The position numbers were made by a program, and so were the translations under genes. Shown here piece by piece: positions 9,104 through 18,400 of a stretch of DNA of 64,000 bases (position 1 is the stretch's first letter; each line of letters begins with the position of its first letter). Source of the DNA: a virus; the IMG/VR virus record IMGVR_UViG_3300027749_000039, positions 64,001 through 128,000 of that record; one strand, 5' to 3'. Below the pieces are notes generated by a model. The model was not told the DNA's origin. It ran no database searches and saw only the letters and a program-made list of their open reading frames with translations.

Positions 9104-10600
9104 TTAATGTATAAACTTTTCTCTTGTTCTCGGTATTAAAGAAGCTTCATCAGCAACCTGTAAGTTAAGCATTTGTTTTAAAAGTCTTTCGACTCCTAAT
9201 CCCATACCACCATGAGGTGGCATACCAAACTTAAATGGCATCAAATAACTTTCAAAGCTTTCTGGATTTAAACCTTTGCTTTTAATACTTTCGACTAATT
9301 GTTCGTAATTGTGAATACGTTGTCCACCTGAGGTTATTTCCATACCTTTATAAAGTAATTCAAATGTTTCTGAGTCAACACCATTTTCAGATGGCATAGC
9401 GTAAAAAGGTCTTTCGGATAATGGATATTTAGTTATAAATACAAAATCTGATTCATGTTTTGCTTTAACATATTCACAAATTAACTTTTCAGCTTCGGTA
9501 TTTAACCCGATACCTGGTAATTCGTACCCAAATTCAGTTTTAATTATTTCAACTGCTTCATTATAGGTAATTCTTGGAAAAGGTTTAAAGAATTTTAAAT
9601 TTAACCAAGGTTTAAAGTCTATGTTTAAGTATGTTAATTCTTTAGCACATGTTTCATGCACTTTTCTAAAGATGAAGTTTAAAACTCCTTCTTCTATATC
9701 CATAACTTCTTCAACTGAATTAATAAATCCCATTTCAAAGTCAACCCCAATAAATTCGGTAAGATGTTTATTAGTATTTGAACCTTCCGCACGATAAACT
9801 TTACCTACTTCAAAAACTCGTTCAAATACACCAACCATCATTTGTTTATAAAACTGAGGACTCTGTGTTAAAAACATTGGTTGTCCAAAGTAATCAATTT
9901 CAAACATATCAGAGCCACCTTCTAATCCGGCTGCTGAAAGTTTTGTAGAATTAATTTCAGTGAACCCATTTCCTTTTAAATACATTCTATAAGCATTAAT
10001 AACTTCAGATTGTATTTTAAATATACACCTTTCTTTTTCTTTACGCAAAGTTAAAGGTCTAAAAATATTTAGAGTATTAAAAGGTGGTAAACCTTCTTCC
10101 CTAGATATAGGGAAAGGCAAAACTTCGGCATTTGAAATTACATTAAGCGATTCCGCCATAATTTCTACTGTAAAGTCTTTAGATTGATTCGCTTCTTTAA
10201 CTATACCAACAAGTTCAACAACAGATTCTGATAACAAAGACCCAGAAACTTCTTTTGGAACAACAACTTGGCAATATCCAGTTCTATCTCTTAGTATAAG
10301 AAATGACATCTTCTTTAATTCTCTCCAATTAGAGACCCATCCTTTAATAAGGACTTTTTTGCCTATTTTATTAGGTAATTCGCTAACTAAAGTTCTTTCT
10401 AAGATTGGTTCTTCCCAAGCTTTGATTTCAACATGATCAGGCATAATATTATCTGAGCCATCAATAGCCCAAATCAAAGTAATTTTCTCATTATTTACTT
10501 TATATACTTCTCCTGTTATATGTAGTGTATCGAATAATTCGATAGGTTTTAAGTTTCTTGTTAGTTCATACCAATAATGTATGTCAATTACCATGCTCAT
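9104..10600 (-). CDS. aspS: aspartyl-tRNA synthetase, archaeal/non-discriminating type, with N-terminal extension
   Basis: OB-fold LILRDRTGYCQVV, QSPQFYKQ, motif 2 YRAEGSNTNKHLTEF, EITSGGQRIH, motif 3 PPHGGMGLGVERL; no bacterial GAD insertion. Confidence 0.88.
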   Translation of the reverse strand: MSMVIDIHYWYELTRNLKPIELFDTLHITGEVYKVNNEKITLIWAIDGSDNIMPDHVEIKAWEEPILERTLVSELPNKIGKKVLIKGWVSNWRELKKMSFLILRDRTGYCQVVVPKEVSGSLLSESVVELVGIVKEANQSKDFTVEIMAESLNVISNAEVLPFPISREEGLPPFNTLNIFRPLTLRKEKERCIFKIQSEVINAYRMYLKGNGFTEINSTKLSAAGLEGGSDMFEIDYFGQPMFLTQSPQFYKQMMVGVFERVFEVGKVYRAEGSNTNKHLTEFIGVDFEMGFINSVEEVMDIEEGVLNFIFRKVHETCAKELTYLNIDFKPWLNLKFFKPFPRITYNEAVEIIKTEFGYELPGIGLNTEAEKLICEYVKAKHESDFVFITKYPLSERPFYAMPSENGVDSETFELLYKGMEITSGGQRIHNYEQLVESIKSKGLNPESFESYLMPFKFGMPPHGGMGLGVERLLKQMLNLQVADEASLIPRTREKFIH

Positions 10601-10616
10601 ATTTTTATCAATTTAA

Positions 10617-11087
10617 TTATAATGATATATTAAGTATTTCTAATTCTAGTTCGCCATTGGGTGTTGTTACTTTAACAACATCGCCAATTTCTTTACCGAT
10701 TAAAGCTTGTGCTACTGGGCTATTAACTGAAATTCTACCTTCTTTTATATTTGTTTCTAGGTGTGGAACTATTGTGTAGTTCAATTCTTTGTTTAGTTTC
10801 TTATTTTTTAAAGCAACTGTAGTGAGAATTTGCACACTATCGGTATTAACTAATTCTTGATTAATAACAACCGAATTAGTCAATATTTCTGTTAATTTTT
10901 GAATTCTATTATTTACTGTTTCGTATTTTTCTTTAGCTGCATCATATTCAGCATTTTCGGATAAATCACCTTTATCACGAGCTTCAGCAATAGCTTCAAT
11001 ACATTCCTTAACTTCAACATATTTAAGGTGATGTATTTCAGCTTGTAGTTTTTCTATTCCGTCCTTTGTTAAGAGTGTTTTAGACAT
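10617..11087 (-). CDS. greA: transcription elongation factor GreA
   Basis: ARDKGDLSENAEYDAAKE with acidic tip residues intact; ISVNSPVAQALIGK. Confidence 0.95.
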   Translation of the reverse strand: MSKTLLTKDGIEKLQAEIHHLKYVEVKECIEAIAEARDKGDLSENAEYDAAKEKYETVNNRIQKLTEILTNSVVINQELVNTDSVQILTTVALKNKKLNKELNYTIVPHLETNIKEGRISVNSPVAQALIGKEIGDVVKVTTPNGELELEILNISL

Positions 11088-11322
11088 AATTTATGGTTAT
11101 AGTTTTATTATTAGCGTGTTCTTGGCACCAAGATTGTGCTAATTCAATTGTTTGAAAAAACATTGGTGTTGTTCTTATTTTATTACTTAGATGCAAGGCA
11201 TATTTTTCATCTCCTTTCATTTTGGTAATAAAATATTTATCAGTTTGTGATATTTCGCCTATCATTTGGAAGAATGCTGCATATTCAGTGGCATTACTTC
11301 TCCAGTTAATTTTATTTTTCAT
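11080..11322 (-). CDS. hypothetical protein
   Basis: ORF. Confidence 0.5.
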   Translation of the reverse strand: MKNKINWRSNATEYAAFFQMIGEISQTDKYFITKMKGDEKYALHLSNKIRTTPMFFQTIELAQSWCQEHANNKTITINYV

Positions 11323-11333
11323 AGCATGTATAT

Positions 11334-11384
11334 AAGAATAAAATTAAAAGTTGAGTAATTAACTCAACTTTTAATTTTATTCTT
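11334..11384. terminator. perfect 23-bp inverted repeat, probable bidirectional terminator
   Basis: aagaataaaattaaaagttgagt-aatta-actcaacttttaattttattctt. Confidence 0.65.
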
Positions 11385-11403
11385 TAGTGATACTCATCTT
11401 CTA

Positions 11404-11439
11404 AAAGATCGTCAACATCATGATATATATAATACTACT
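11404..11439 (-). repeat. 36-bp element, inverted copy of 63962..63997
   Basis: Minus strand reads agtagtattatatatatcatgatgttgacgatcttt, identical to 63962-63997 on the plus strand. Confidence 0.92.
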
Positions 11440-11441
11440 TA

Positions 11442-11846
11442 TTACTCATATACTATAACTGTCTTTGGGACAGCATGAACTTCGCATAAGTTGCCTTGTA
11501 TTTCTAACCCGTCGTAGGACGAGTAATAACCAGCTAGTTTAATATAAACATTATGATCAACAAAATGTCTAACGATATGCCATTCCATGCCATAGGCACC
11601 ATCTTGTAGTTCGGCATAACCACCTTCTTGTTCTACAATTACAATTTTACCAAGACCTTCAATTGTAATTTCCTTATTATCTTCTGATAATTTTTTAATA
11701 AGGGTTTCGTCAATTTGCTCGGCACTTTCACCATCTGCATCATCATCGTCATGATCACCTTCATATTCATCAAATTCTACGCCGGAAAACATTTGTTTGC
11801 TAATGCCGAGACGTTTCATTTCGTCTAAAATTTCTTTAAAATTCAT
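11442..11846 (-). CDS. acidic phage protein, paralog of 11872..12180
   Basis: Shared H[ND]VYI..[AG]YYSSY.G...EV.....Y core. Confidence 0.65.
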   Translation of the reverse strand: MNFKEILDEMKRLGISKQMFSGVEFDEYEGDHDDDDADGESAEQIDETLIKKLSEDNKEITIEGLGKIVIVEQEGGYAELQDGAYGMEWHIVRHFVDHNVYIKLAGYYSSYDGLEIQGNLCEVHAVPKTVIVYE

Positions 11847-11871
11847 ACGTTTTTTTATTATAGATTAAAAA

Positions 11872-12180
11872 TTACTTTTTTGGTAAATATTCAGTTTTAG
11901 TCACCTGAGTTGGGAAAACTTCTTCATATTCGGAATTATAAAAATCCGGTCCTCCGTATGAAGAATAATATGCATCAACACGTATATATACATCATGTTC
12001 TTTGAAATATCTTACACTATACCATGTAGAGCCTTGATCTTCACCACCATAACTATCAATTTCTTCTGATTCGCCTAAGCCAAGTTCTTCGGTAGTGATG
12101 TCATCACAAGCGAATTCACTAATTTCTACGTTTGCTTCGTTGAGTTTATCAACAATTTCTTTAAATGTTAATTTTGCCAT
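11872..12180 (-). CDS. acidic phage protein, paralog of 11442..11846
   Basis: Same core motif; YGGEDQGSTWYSV. Confidence 0.65.
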   Translation of the reverse strand: MAKLTFKEIVDKLNEANVEISEFACDDITTEELGLGESEEIDSYGGEDQGSTWYSVRYFKEHDVYIRVDAYYSSYGGPDFYNSEYEEVFPTQVTKTEYLPKK

Positions 12181-12961
12181 TTTTTTTGTTTTTATTTTTT
12201 GTTTTCAAATAACCTTTTTCGTCTATTTTTGACTCGATAAGTTCAACATAATTAATTTTACACCTTTGCATTATCCGATAATTTTGAATTATAAATAATG
12301 CTTCCCACATTGGAGCATGATTGATTATAAATTTTCTTAGCATCCAATTATAAGCTACACGATAATCACGATTGTATAGTCTTTCAAAAGCCATTACATA
12401 TATTTCTTCTCTAGCTAAGTCTAATTTTTCATCAAACGTGAGTTTGTTAAACTTTTCCTCGCTTACATCAACATCAGCTCCGTCTTTCAATACTTTAAGA
12501 TAAAGTGGTGTTGTATTTATATATGTGTGTAAAACGTCATGATCATATGTTGTTAAGGCATTATTGAAAAAATCTTTTGATGCCATATCTAAAACAGACC
12601 TTTTATTTTCGCCATGAAAATCATTCCAGTAAGCGTATAATTCGTCAAATAAAGGACGAATTAGTTTTGCGCCATGTTCTTGTAAAAACACGATGTCATA
12701 CATATGTTTTGACCAGAAAATATCCCAGAAAATATGACTTACTTTTAAGGTATATAAAACATCAGCACTTACGCCTTGTTTAATGTTTTCTGTTATATAC
12801 TTGAATAATACAGGATTTTCGTGATATTCATAAATTGTATTATCTATGTGTTCTGTTGGTAGTTTTTTCTCAACAAGAAAATCAAAATCTTTTGGTTCTC
12901 TTGTGAAGTCTGGAAATATACTTTTTATAGCACGACTACCAATTAGAAATTTTGCGCTCAT
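12161..12961 (-). CDS. conserved phage protein with nucleotidyltransferase-like N-terminus (DUF7275-like)
   Basis: LIGSRA...REPKDFDF (GS...DxD pattern); LYTLKVSH..W...W.KH..D; YDHD.LH. Confidence 0.5.
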   Translation of the reverse strand: MSAKFLIGSRAIKSIFPDFTREPKDFDFLVEKKLPTEHIDNTIYEYHENPVLFKYITENIKQGVSADVLYTLKVSHIFWDIFWSKHMYDIVFLQEHGAKLIRPLFDELYAYWNDFHGENKRSVLDMASKDFFNNALTTYDHDVLHTYINTTPLYLKVLKDGADVDVSEEKFNKLTFDEKLDLAREEIYVMAFERLYNRDYRVAYNWMLRKFIINHAPMWEALFIIQNYRIMQRCKINYVELIESKIDEKGYLKTKNKNKKNGKINI

Positions 12962-12979
12962 TACTTATGATTTAGATTA

Positions 12980-13010
12980 CAAAGATACAATAATTTTTGA
13001 TAAACACAAA
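12980..13010 (-). promoter_or_regulatory. Bacteroidota-type promoter (TTTG-N19-TATCTTTG)
   Basis: caaagata 12980-12987, caaa 13007-13010. Confidence 0.8.
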
Positions 13011-13016
13011 ACTTTT

Positions 13017-13658
13017 TTAGATATTATTTTTAACAACTTGTGTGTCTAAAATATCATTAAATGTTTTAATAAATACATCTTCAATAGCTTTTTCACCGGC
13101 TGGATTTATTTCCCTTGTGCCTATTCCAGCAAAATTTGCGGCTTGAATTTTTGGTGTATCTTTTAATTTGATAAAATCATCAATTATATAAGACCATTTA
13201 AACCAAACTTCTTTCTTTTGGTCAAAAACATAGACAGTTTTACCAGCCTGTATTCCCATTTGAACAGCATAACCTGTGCCACCATCAACAGATGGTGATT
13301 TACAACTAACAACATAACCACTTTTAGAAGTATCGCCTTCTTTAACAATTCTACCGATAGCAAAAATTTCCTCGGAGTATTTTACTTGAGCCCAGTTCCT
13401 AGCTAATAAACTCATATGTTTATCTATACTTTTTCTACCGAGAACTTTATTAGCTTTTTTTATTTTTTCAATACCTTCTTTATAGTCTTCTTCGGATATT
13501 TCTATTTTAGAAATAGTTTTATGACTTTTAGTTTTGTGAGACCAAGCCTTAACTTGTATTCCATACAAGATACAAAATGATTCCCATAGTGTATCTGAAC
13601 CACTAGCACCGCCGCTATGGCATATTATTTCTTCTGGTTTAAAGTTAAAAATGTCCAT
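13017..13658 (-). CDS. SLOG-superfamily-like protein
   Basis: CHSGGASGSD, LLARN, DGGTGYAV, FAGIGTR motifs. Confidence 0.5.
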   Translation of the reverse strand: MDIFNFKPEEIICHSGGASGSDTLWESFCILYGIQVKAWSHKTKSHKTISKIEISEEDYKEGIEKIKKANKVLGRKSIDKHMSLLARNWAQVKYSEEIFAIGRIVKEGDTSKSGYVVSCKSPSVDGGTGYAVQMGIQAGKTVYVFDQKKEVWFKWSYIIDDFIKLKDTPKIQAANFAGIGTREINPAGEKAIEDVFIKTFNDILDTQVVKNNI

Positions 13659-14245
13659 TATTGTGGATTTTTAACTACATGATGGTCTAACTCAGAAATT
13701 TCTTTCTTAGCCATTATATCATTAATTTCTGTTATTGAAAATGGACGATATTTCTTATACAATCTATAGGCAGTATCTATACCGACATCCATAGATTTTC
13801 CAAAATCAGGAATAGAATCATGGCTATGTCCATAAAGATGGATTGTTCCGTGATGTGACGCAGGCCAAACTCTATGAGAGTAGTGTGATATAAAATAATT
13901 TTGACCGTTTATAGTAAAAAAATCAACATCTTTACAACTACTAAATAAATTTTGGTATTCTTCGTTTAATCTTATTTCATCATCATGGTTGCCGTATAAA
14001 AAATTTATATTTTGGCAATTAATTCGCCATCTCAATTCTGGTATTTTCTTTGGATCCCCAAAGGCAAAATCACCTAAAAAATAGAGTGTATCATCAAATT
14101 TTACATATTCATTAATCGTATTAATGATAGTATCATTCATTTCAGGTATAGAGTTAAAATCTCTATAACCTGATTTCCAACGGGATATTTTTGGACCGGC
14201 AATATTCTTATGATTGAAATGCGTGTCTGATGTAAAGTATATCAT
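13658..14245 (-). CDS. calcineurin-like metallophosphoesterase (phage type)
   Basis: SDTHFNH, LGDF, GNHD, SHY, LYGHSH motifs. Confidence 0.9.
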   Translation of the reverse strand: MIYFTSDTHFNHKNIAGPKISRWKSGYRDFNSIPEMNDTIINTINEYVKFDDTLYFLGDFAFGDPKKIPELRWRINCQNINFLYGNHDDEIRLNEEYQNLFSSCKDVDFFTINGQNYFISHYSHRVWPASHHGTIHLYGHSHDSIPDFGKSMDVGIDTAYRLYKKYRPFSITEINDIMAKKEISELDHHVVKNPQ

Positions 14246-14276
14246 TTTCTTTTTTCTTTATTTATAATGTTCTTAA

Positions 14277-14308
14277 CAAAAATACAAAGTTTTTCACAGA
14301 CAGACAAA
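14277..14308 (-). promoter_or_regulatory. Bacteroidota-type promoter (TTTG-N20-TATTTTTG)
   Basis: caaaaata 14277-14284, caaa 14305-14308. Confidence 0.6.
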
Positions 14309-14467
14309 TATATTTTTAATATATAAAATAAAAATAAATATTATGAAATGGACTGAACAAGAAATATGTATTTGTTTTCTAAACATAATTTTATTATTTG
14401 TGTAAAAATACACTAAATTTATTAGTTGACAAAATTATTTCGAAGATTATTATTTAATATATAACTT

Positions 14468-14845
14468 ATGAAATATTTAATAAATTTTAAGACTTTTGAA
14501 ACAGTTGGTTTTGGTGATTCGGTGACTGGTATTGGTGCTGATGAAGGCACATTTGATCATACTAATAGTCCTGTCACAAGGCAACATGCTGAGGCTTTTG
14601 TTGATGATTTAATCAAATCACAAGAAAAGTTCCTGTTCAAAGAACTTGGAATTAAAAAACCAAAATTAGATGGTGCCGAATTAGATAGTTTTTATGATCA
14701 AATTAGAGATAAGGCAATTAAATATTTTACAAAACATCCTCATAGAATGATTAATACTAATGAAATGGATGTAAAGGGTATACCTGTCACTAATGGTGCT
14801 ATAAATGATGTAAATGTTATTCCGAAAGTCACACACGGACATTAA
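14468..14845 (+). CDS. hypothetical protein with capsid-targeting-like N-terminus (MKYLINFKTFE)
   Basis: TATATA at 14458-14463, 4 nt before the ATG. Confidence 0.6.
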   Translation: MKYLINFKTFETVGFGDSVTGIGADEGTFDHTNSPVTRQHAEAFVDDLIKSQEKFLFKELGIKKPKLDGAELDSFYDQIRDKAIKYFTKHPHRMINTNEMDVKGIPVTNGAINDVNVIPKVTHGH

Positions 14846-15873
14846 TTTAAAAAAGGAGTGAGAATTTTATCAATATCATTAATTTCATTGTATTTTATTC
14901 TAATTAAATTAATATAATTATCCTCGCAATAATCATTTTTTATTTCATCATTTGTTTTTAACTTCTCGAAAGCTTCTTGTCCACCGAAAAAATCTAATGG
15001 TTCATGATGTTGAATTCCATCAAATTCTATACACATTCTTTTACTAGGTATATAGAAATCAAAAGGTAACTCATATACATTTTTACACCCGCTAAATTTT
15101 TTTTGTCTATCAAAATTAATTTTTAATTTATTTAATAATTTAGCGATAGCTTTTTCACCCTTTGATTCTTTGCAGTAGGGACAACCTCTTCCTCTTAGAT
15201 GGCTATTAGGTAGTTGCTCAAATTCTCCATGTATTTGACATTCTATAATGACTTTTTCTCTATCCGTTTTATATATGGTTTTTGCATAATCAAATATAAA
15301 ATCATGTATTTGATTGGATTCAATTATGAATTGATCTGTGTTCTTCTTTTTATTTAATCTTTCTGGGGCATATTTTAAATGATTATGTGCAGTTTGTTCA
15401 TAAATAATTTCATTTAAAATAATTTTTATTTTAGTATTGGCTGTTTTAAAATTAACTAATGAATAATCATATTTATTGCCCCATCTTTTATGTGCTTTTT
15501 GTAAAAAAACATCTTGATCTAAATATCCTTCAACTGGATATTTTAAGTGGCTACCAGGTAATTGTTCATAAATAATTCCGTCGTGTATTATTTTTATTTT
15601 AGTTCTAGCATCAATATATTTTGTTAGCGAATAGTTATATTTATCGCCCCATATTTCCTTACTATCTTCTATGAATGAATTATTTTCTTTAATACTTGTT
15701 TTCTTTTCTGGACAATTTCCTTTAAGATGTTTAACAACTCTCTGTCTATATATTTGGGTTTTATATTCAAGTTCTATATAATCCATTTGCATAATTATAT
15801 TGGGTAGATTAGTATAATTATATTTATAACCATGTTTTTTTCTTGCCTTTTCTAAAAATACTGTTTTTGTCAT
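14842..15873 (-). CDS. free-standing homing-endonuclease-like protein (DUF723-like repeats plus C-terminal PD-(D/E)xK/Vsr-like domain)
   Basis: Repeats FxxKAxxxWGxKYDYS; CPYCKES.GE; LPFDFYIP...IEFDGIQH. Start set at 15873 (TATATA-N4-ATG). Confidence 0.75.
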   Translation of the reverse strand: MTKTVFLEKARKKHGYKYNYTNLPNIIMQMDYIELEYKTQIYRQRVVKHLKGNCPEKKTSIKENNSFIEDSKEIWGDKYNYSLTKYIDARTKIKIIHDGIIYEQLPGSHLKYPVEGYLDQDVFLQKAHKRWGNKYDYSLVNFKTANTKIKIILNEIIYEQTAHNHLKYAPERLNKKKNTDQFIIESNQIHDFIFDYAKTIYKTDREKVIIECQIHGEFEQLPNSHLRGRGCPYCKESKGEKAIAKLLNKLKINFDRQKKFSGCKNVYELPFDFYIPSKRMCIEFDGIQHHEPLDFFGGQEAFEKLKTNDEIKNDYCEDNYINLIRIKYNEINDIDKILTPFLN

Positions 15874-15998
15874 AAGGTATATATAAAAAAACAAATCTCT
15901 TGTTGGATATATATGATATGATTTTTTAATTTGATGTAAATATTTTAAACCACGGAACTTTTTTATAATATATATAATATAAAAAATGATTAATTAAG

Positions 15999-17219
15999 AT
16001 GGCAAAAGCAGTAAAAGAAGTTAAGAAATTTGAATTTTCAAAAGTTGGAACTATATTGGATAATATAGCAAAATCGTTACCTATTGTGATAGAAAAAGAA
16101 GTTAAAGAAAAAAAGTTTATATCAACTGGATGTTATATATTGGATGCGGCACTATCAGCAAGGTTACTAGGCGGAGGAATCGCTACAAATAGAATTACAG
16201 CGTTTGCTGGTGAATCAGGTGCCGGTAAATCTTTCTTAGCGTATTCCGTTTCTAAATCCGCTCAAAAAGAAGGATATTGTGTTATATATATTGATACAGA
16301 ACAAGCAATTGATTTGGAAGATTTACCTAAATTTGGCATTGATAATTCTTTGGATAAGTTTAGACTTATCCGTTCTAATAAGGTTGAAGATGTTAATATG
16401 TTATTAACACAACTATTGGATGAATTAAAAATCCAAAAATTGGAAGGAATTGAGTTGCCTAAAATACTTATAGTGTTAGATTCATTGGGTCAGATGGCTT
16501 CTAATAAAGAAAAAAATGACTTATTGAAAGGCGATCTTAAACAAGATATGACTAAAGCAAAAGCATTAGGTTCTATGTTTAGGTCTATAAATACAGACTT
16601 AGGCTTTTTAGACATACCGATGATAGTGGCAAATCATACATACTTAACATTAGATTTATTTCCCGCTGAAAAGTTAAAGGGCGGTAATGGTTTATTATAT
16701 TCTGCGTCTGTAATTGGATTTATGAGTAAGTCTAAATTAAAAACAGGAGAAGAAGATGATATGGACTTGGGTGCTTCTGGTATTAATGTTCTATTTAAGA
16801 CTTCTAAAAATCGTATGGCTAAACCAAAGAAGATTCGTTTTGATATATCTTTTGCAAATGGTTTAAATCCTTATACTGGATTAGATGCATTTTGTAGAGC
16901 AGAATATTTTGATAAAATTGGTATAGCTCAAGGTAAAATGGAAGTAGATAAGAAGACAGGTGAAATGAGATTTATACCAGGTGCCGGTAAATGGTATGTT
17001 AGACATTTGGATAAGTCTTTCTTTACAAAGAATTTGTTTAATTCTAGTATATTTACTCCAGAGGTTTTAAAAGCTATGGAGCCAATTGTAAATGATTACT
17101 TTAAGTTTAAATCATTAGAAGAAATGGAACAAGTTGCAAAAGAATTTGAAGAAGTAGTAGGTGAAGATGAATTTACTGATTCGGATAATATGGATGCGGG
17201 TGATTTCTTTGAAAATTAA
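15999..17219 (+). CDS. recA: RecA/UvsX-like recombinase
   Basis: ISTGCYILD, Walker A GESGAGKS, YIDTE, VLDSLG, GGNGLLYSAS; T4 UvsX-like rather than host RecA. Confidence 0.92.
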   Translation: MAKAVKEVKKFEFSKVGTILDNIAKSLPIVIEKEVKEKKFISTGCYILDAALSARLLGGGIATNRITAFAGESGAGKSFLAYSVSKSAQKEGYCVIYIDTEQAIDLEDLPKFGIDNSLDKFRLIRSNKVEDVNMLLTQLLDELKIQKLEGIELPKILIVLDSLGQMASNKEKNDLLKGDLKQDMTKAKALGSMFRSINTDLGFLDIPMIVANHTYLTLDLFPAEKLKGGNGLLYSASVIGFMSKSKLKTGEEDDMDLGASGINVLFKTSKNRMAKPKKIRFDISFANGLNPYTGLDAFCRAEYFDKIGIAQGKMEVDKKTGEMRFIPGAGKWYVRHLDKSFFTKNLFNSSIFTPEVLKAMEPIVNDYFKFKSLEEMEQVAKEFEEVVGEDEFTDSDNMDAGDFFEN

Positions 17220-17227
17220 TATAAAAT

Positions 17228-17389
17228 ATGAAACAGCCTATATTAAAAACAAAAAAATTAGAAGTAATAAATAGCAAAACAGATATACCAGCATTATCTA
17301 TACAAACAAATGTAGTATGGTATAGAAGAATATGGTATTCAATTACAAATCCTTTTACTTATATCTTTTTTGGATATAGAAGATATTAA
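17228..17389 (+). CDS. small ORF (53 aa) missing from the ORF track
   Basis: MKQPILKTKK...WYRRIWYSITNPFTYIFFGYRRY; fills the gap between recA and the terminator. Confidence 0.5.
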   Translation: MKQPILKTKKLEVINSKTDIPALSIQTNVVWYRRIWYSITNPFTYIFFGYRRY

Positions 17390-17418
17390 AAAAAGCGGCT
17401 CAATTGAGCCGCTTTTTT
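17389..17418. terminator. bidirectional intrinsic terminator
   Basis: Perfect palindrome aaaaaagcggctcaattgagccgctttttt between convergent genes. Confidence 0.85.
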
Positions 17419-17421
17419 ATA

Positions 17422-17907
17422 TTAATTACCTTTGATAATGCTTGCAATAACTTTAGCTCTTTCGATACCAGTTAAAGTGACATCGTCTAATTTCTTTAGG
17501 ACTTCATGCACTTTGAATAAATCTTCATCATATTCATTAATGTTATTTTCCTTCATAAATGCGATTTGGCTATCAATTATAGCCTTTTCTTTTTGAAGTT
17601 CTGTTATCTTCTCGTCTATTGAGTTTTTTGAACTTAACATTTCATCAATGGTTAGTTCTAACATTTCAATATCAGTTAAAAGGAAATTATATGGAAAATC
17701 TGATTTTAGTCTATAGTAGCTACCTAGATGATCAGTGCCACCAGCTTGTGCCATATCTATTTTAAATATAGTTCCTATTGCCATATTATGACCTGCTCTA
17801 TCTCTATTGCTAATTACTTTAGCTTTTTTACCCATTAATGCTTTAGCAACTTCAGCTTGTGAATTTGGTTCAATGCCTCTTTTCTTTAAAAATTCTTGTA
17901 AATTCAT
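17422..17907 (-). CDS. hypothetical protein with coiled coil
   Basis: Start moved to MNLQEF; the longer ORF overlaps a TACTTTTG element at 17942-17949. Confidence 0.6.
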   Translation of the reverse strand: MNLQEFLKKRGIEPNSQAEVAKALMGKKAKVISNRDRAGHNMAIGTIFKIDMAQAGGTDHLGSYYRLKSDFPYNFLLTDIEMLELTIDEMLSSKNSIDEKITELQKEKAIIDSQIAFMKENNINEYDEDLFKVHEVLKKLDDVTLTGIERAKVIASIIKGN

Positions 17908-17991
17908 TTTTGTTTGTTTTTTATTGTTTAATAATGAATTACAAAAGTAAGTTAATTTTTTGAAAAAACGAAATAATAACATATATTTTTT

Positions 17992-18399
17992 TTATAGTAA
18001 TTTTAGATTAGCTGTAATAGCATCAATTTTTTCAGAATAATGTGGTCCAATAGCAAGACAAGTTTTAGTTGGCACATTATTAAATTCAGTTCTGCCTGAA
18101 TCAACTATCATATGAACGGTCAAATCCGCTTCTTTTGCTTTATTATAGATTTCGTCTAATTCTTCTTCTGAATTGACACCAACACAGATTTTGGTAAAAG
18201 AATTTTGCATCCATTCTTTTGCTTCTTTAAGATTGCTCATACTTGTGTTAATAAATGCTTCGTTATATAGGCAATCTAACGAATCAAAAGTTCCCTTTTT
18301 TGTTAAGAATGCCATAGATGCGTGACTCGCCTGAGCCATTTCTTTTCCCCGCCTCATTTTGAGGTCTTTCCTCATTACTATTACTTGTTTAGTTGCCAT
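17992..18399 (-). CDS. pth2: peptidyl-tRNA hydrolase, Pth2 type
   Basis: KQVIVMRKDLKMRRGKEMAQASHA, FTKICV, VDSGRTEF, TCLAIGP. Confidence 0.95.
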   Translation of the reverse strand: MATKQVIVMRKDLKMRRGKEMAQASHASMAFLTKKGTFDSLDCLYNEAFINTSMSNLKEAKEWMQNSFTKICVGVNSEEELDEIYNKAKEADLTVHMIVDSGRTEFNNVPTKTCLAIGPHYSEKIDAITANLKLL

Positions 18400-18400
18400 A

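Noticed and set aside
14343-14405. 20-aa micro-ORF MKWTEQEI... resembling an endonuclease N-terminus
   Set aside because: Too short to support; may be a relic or chance.
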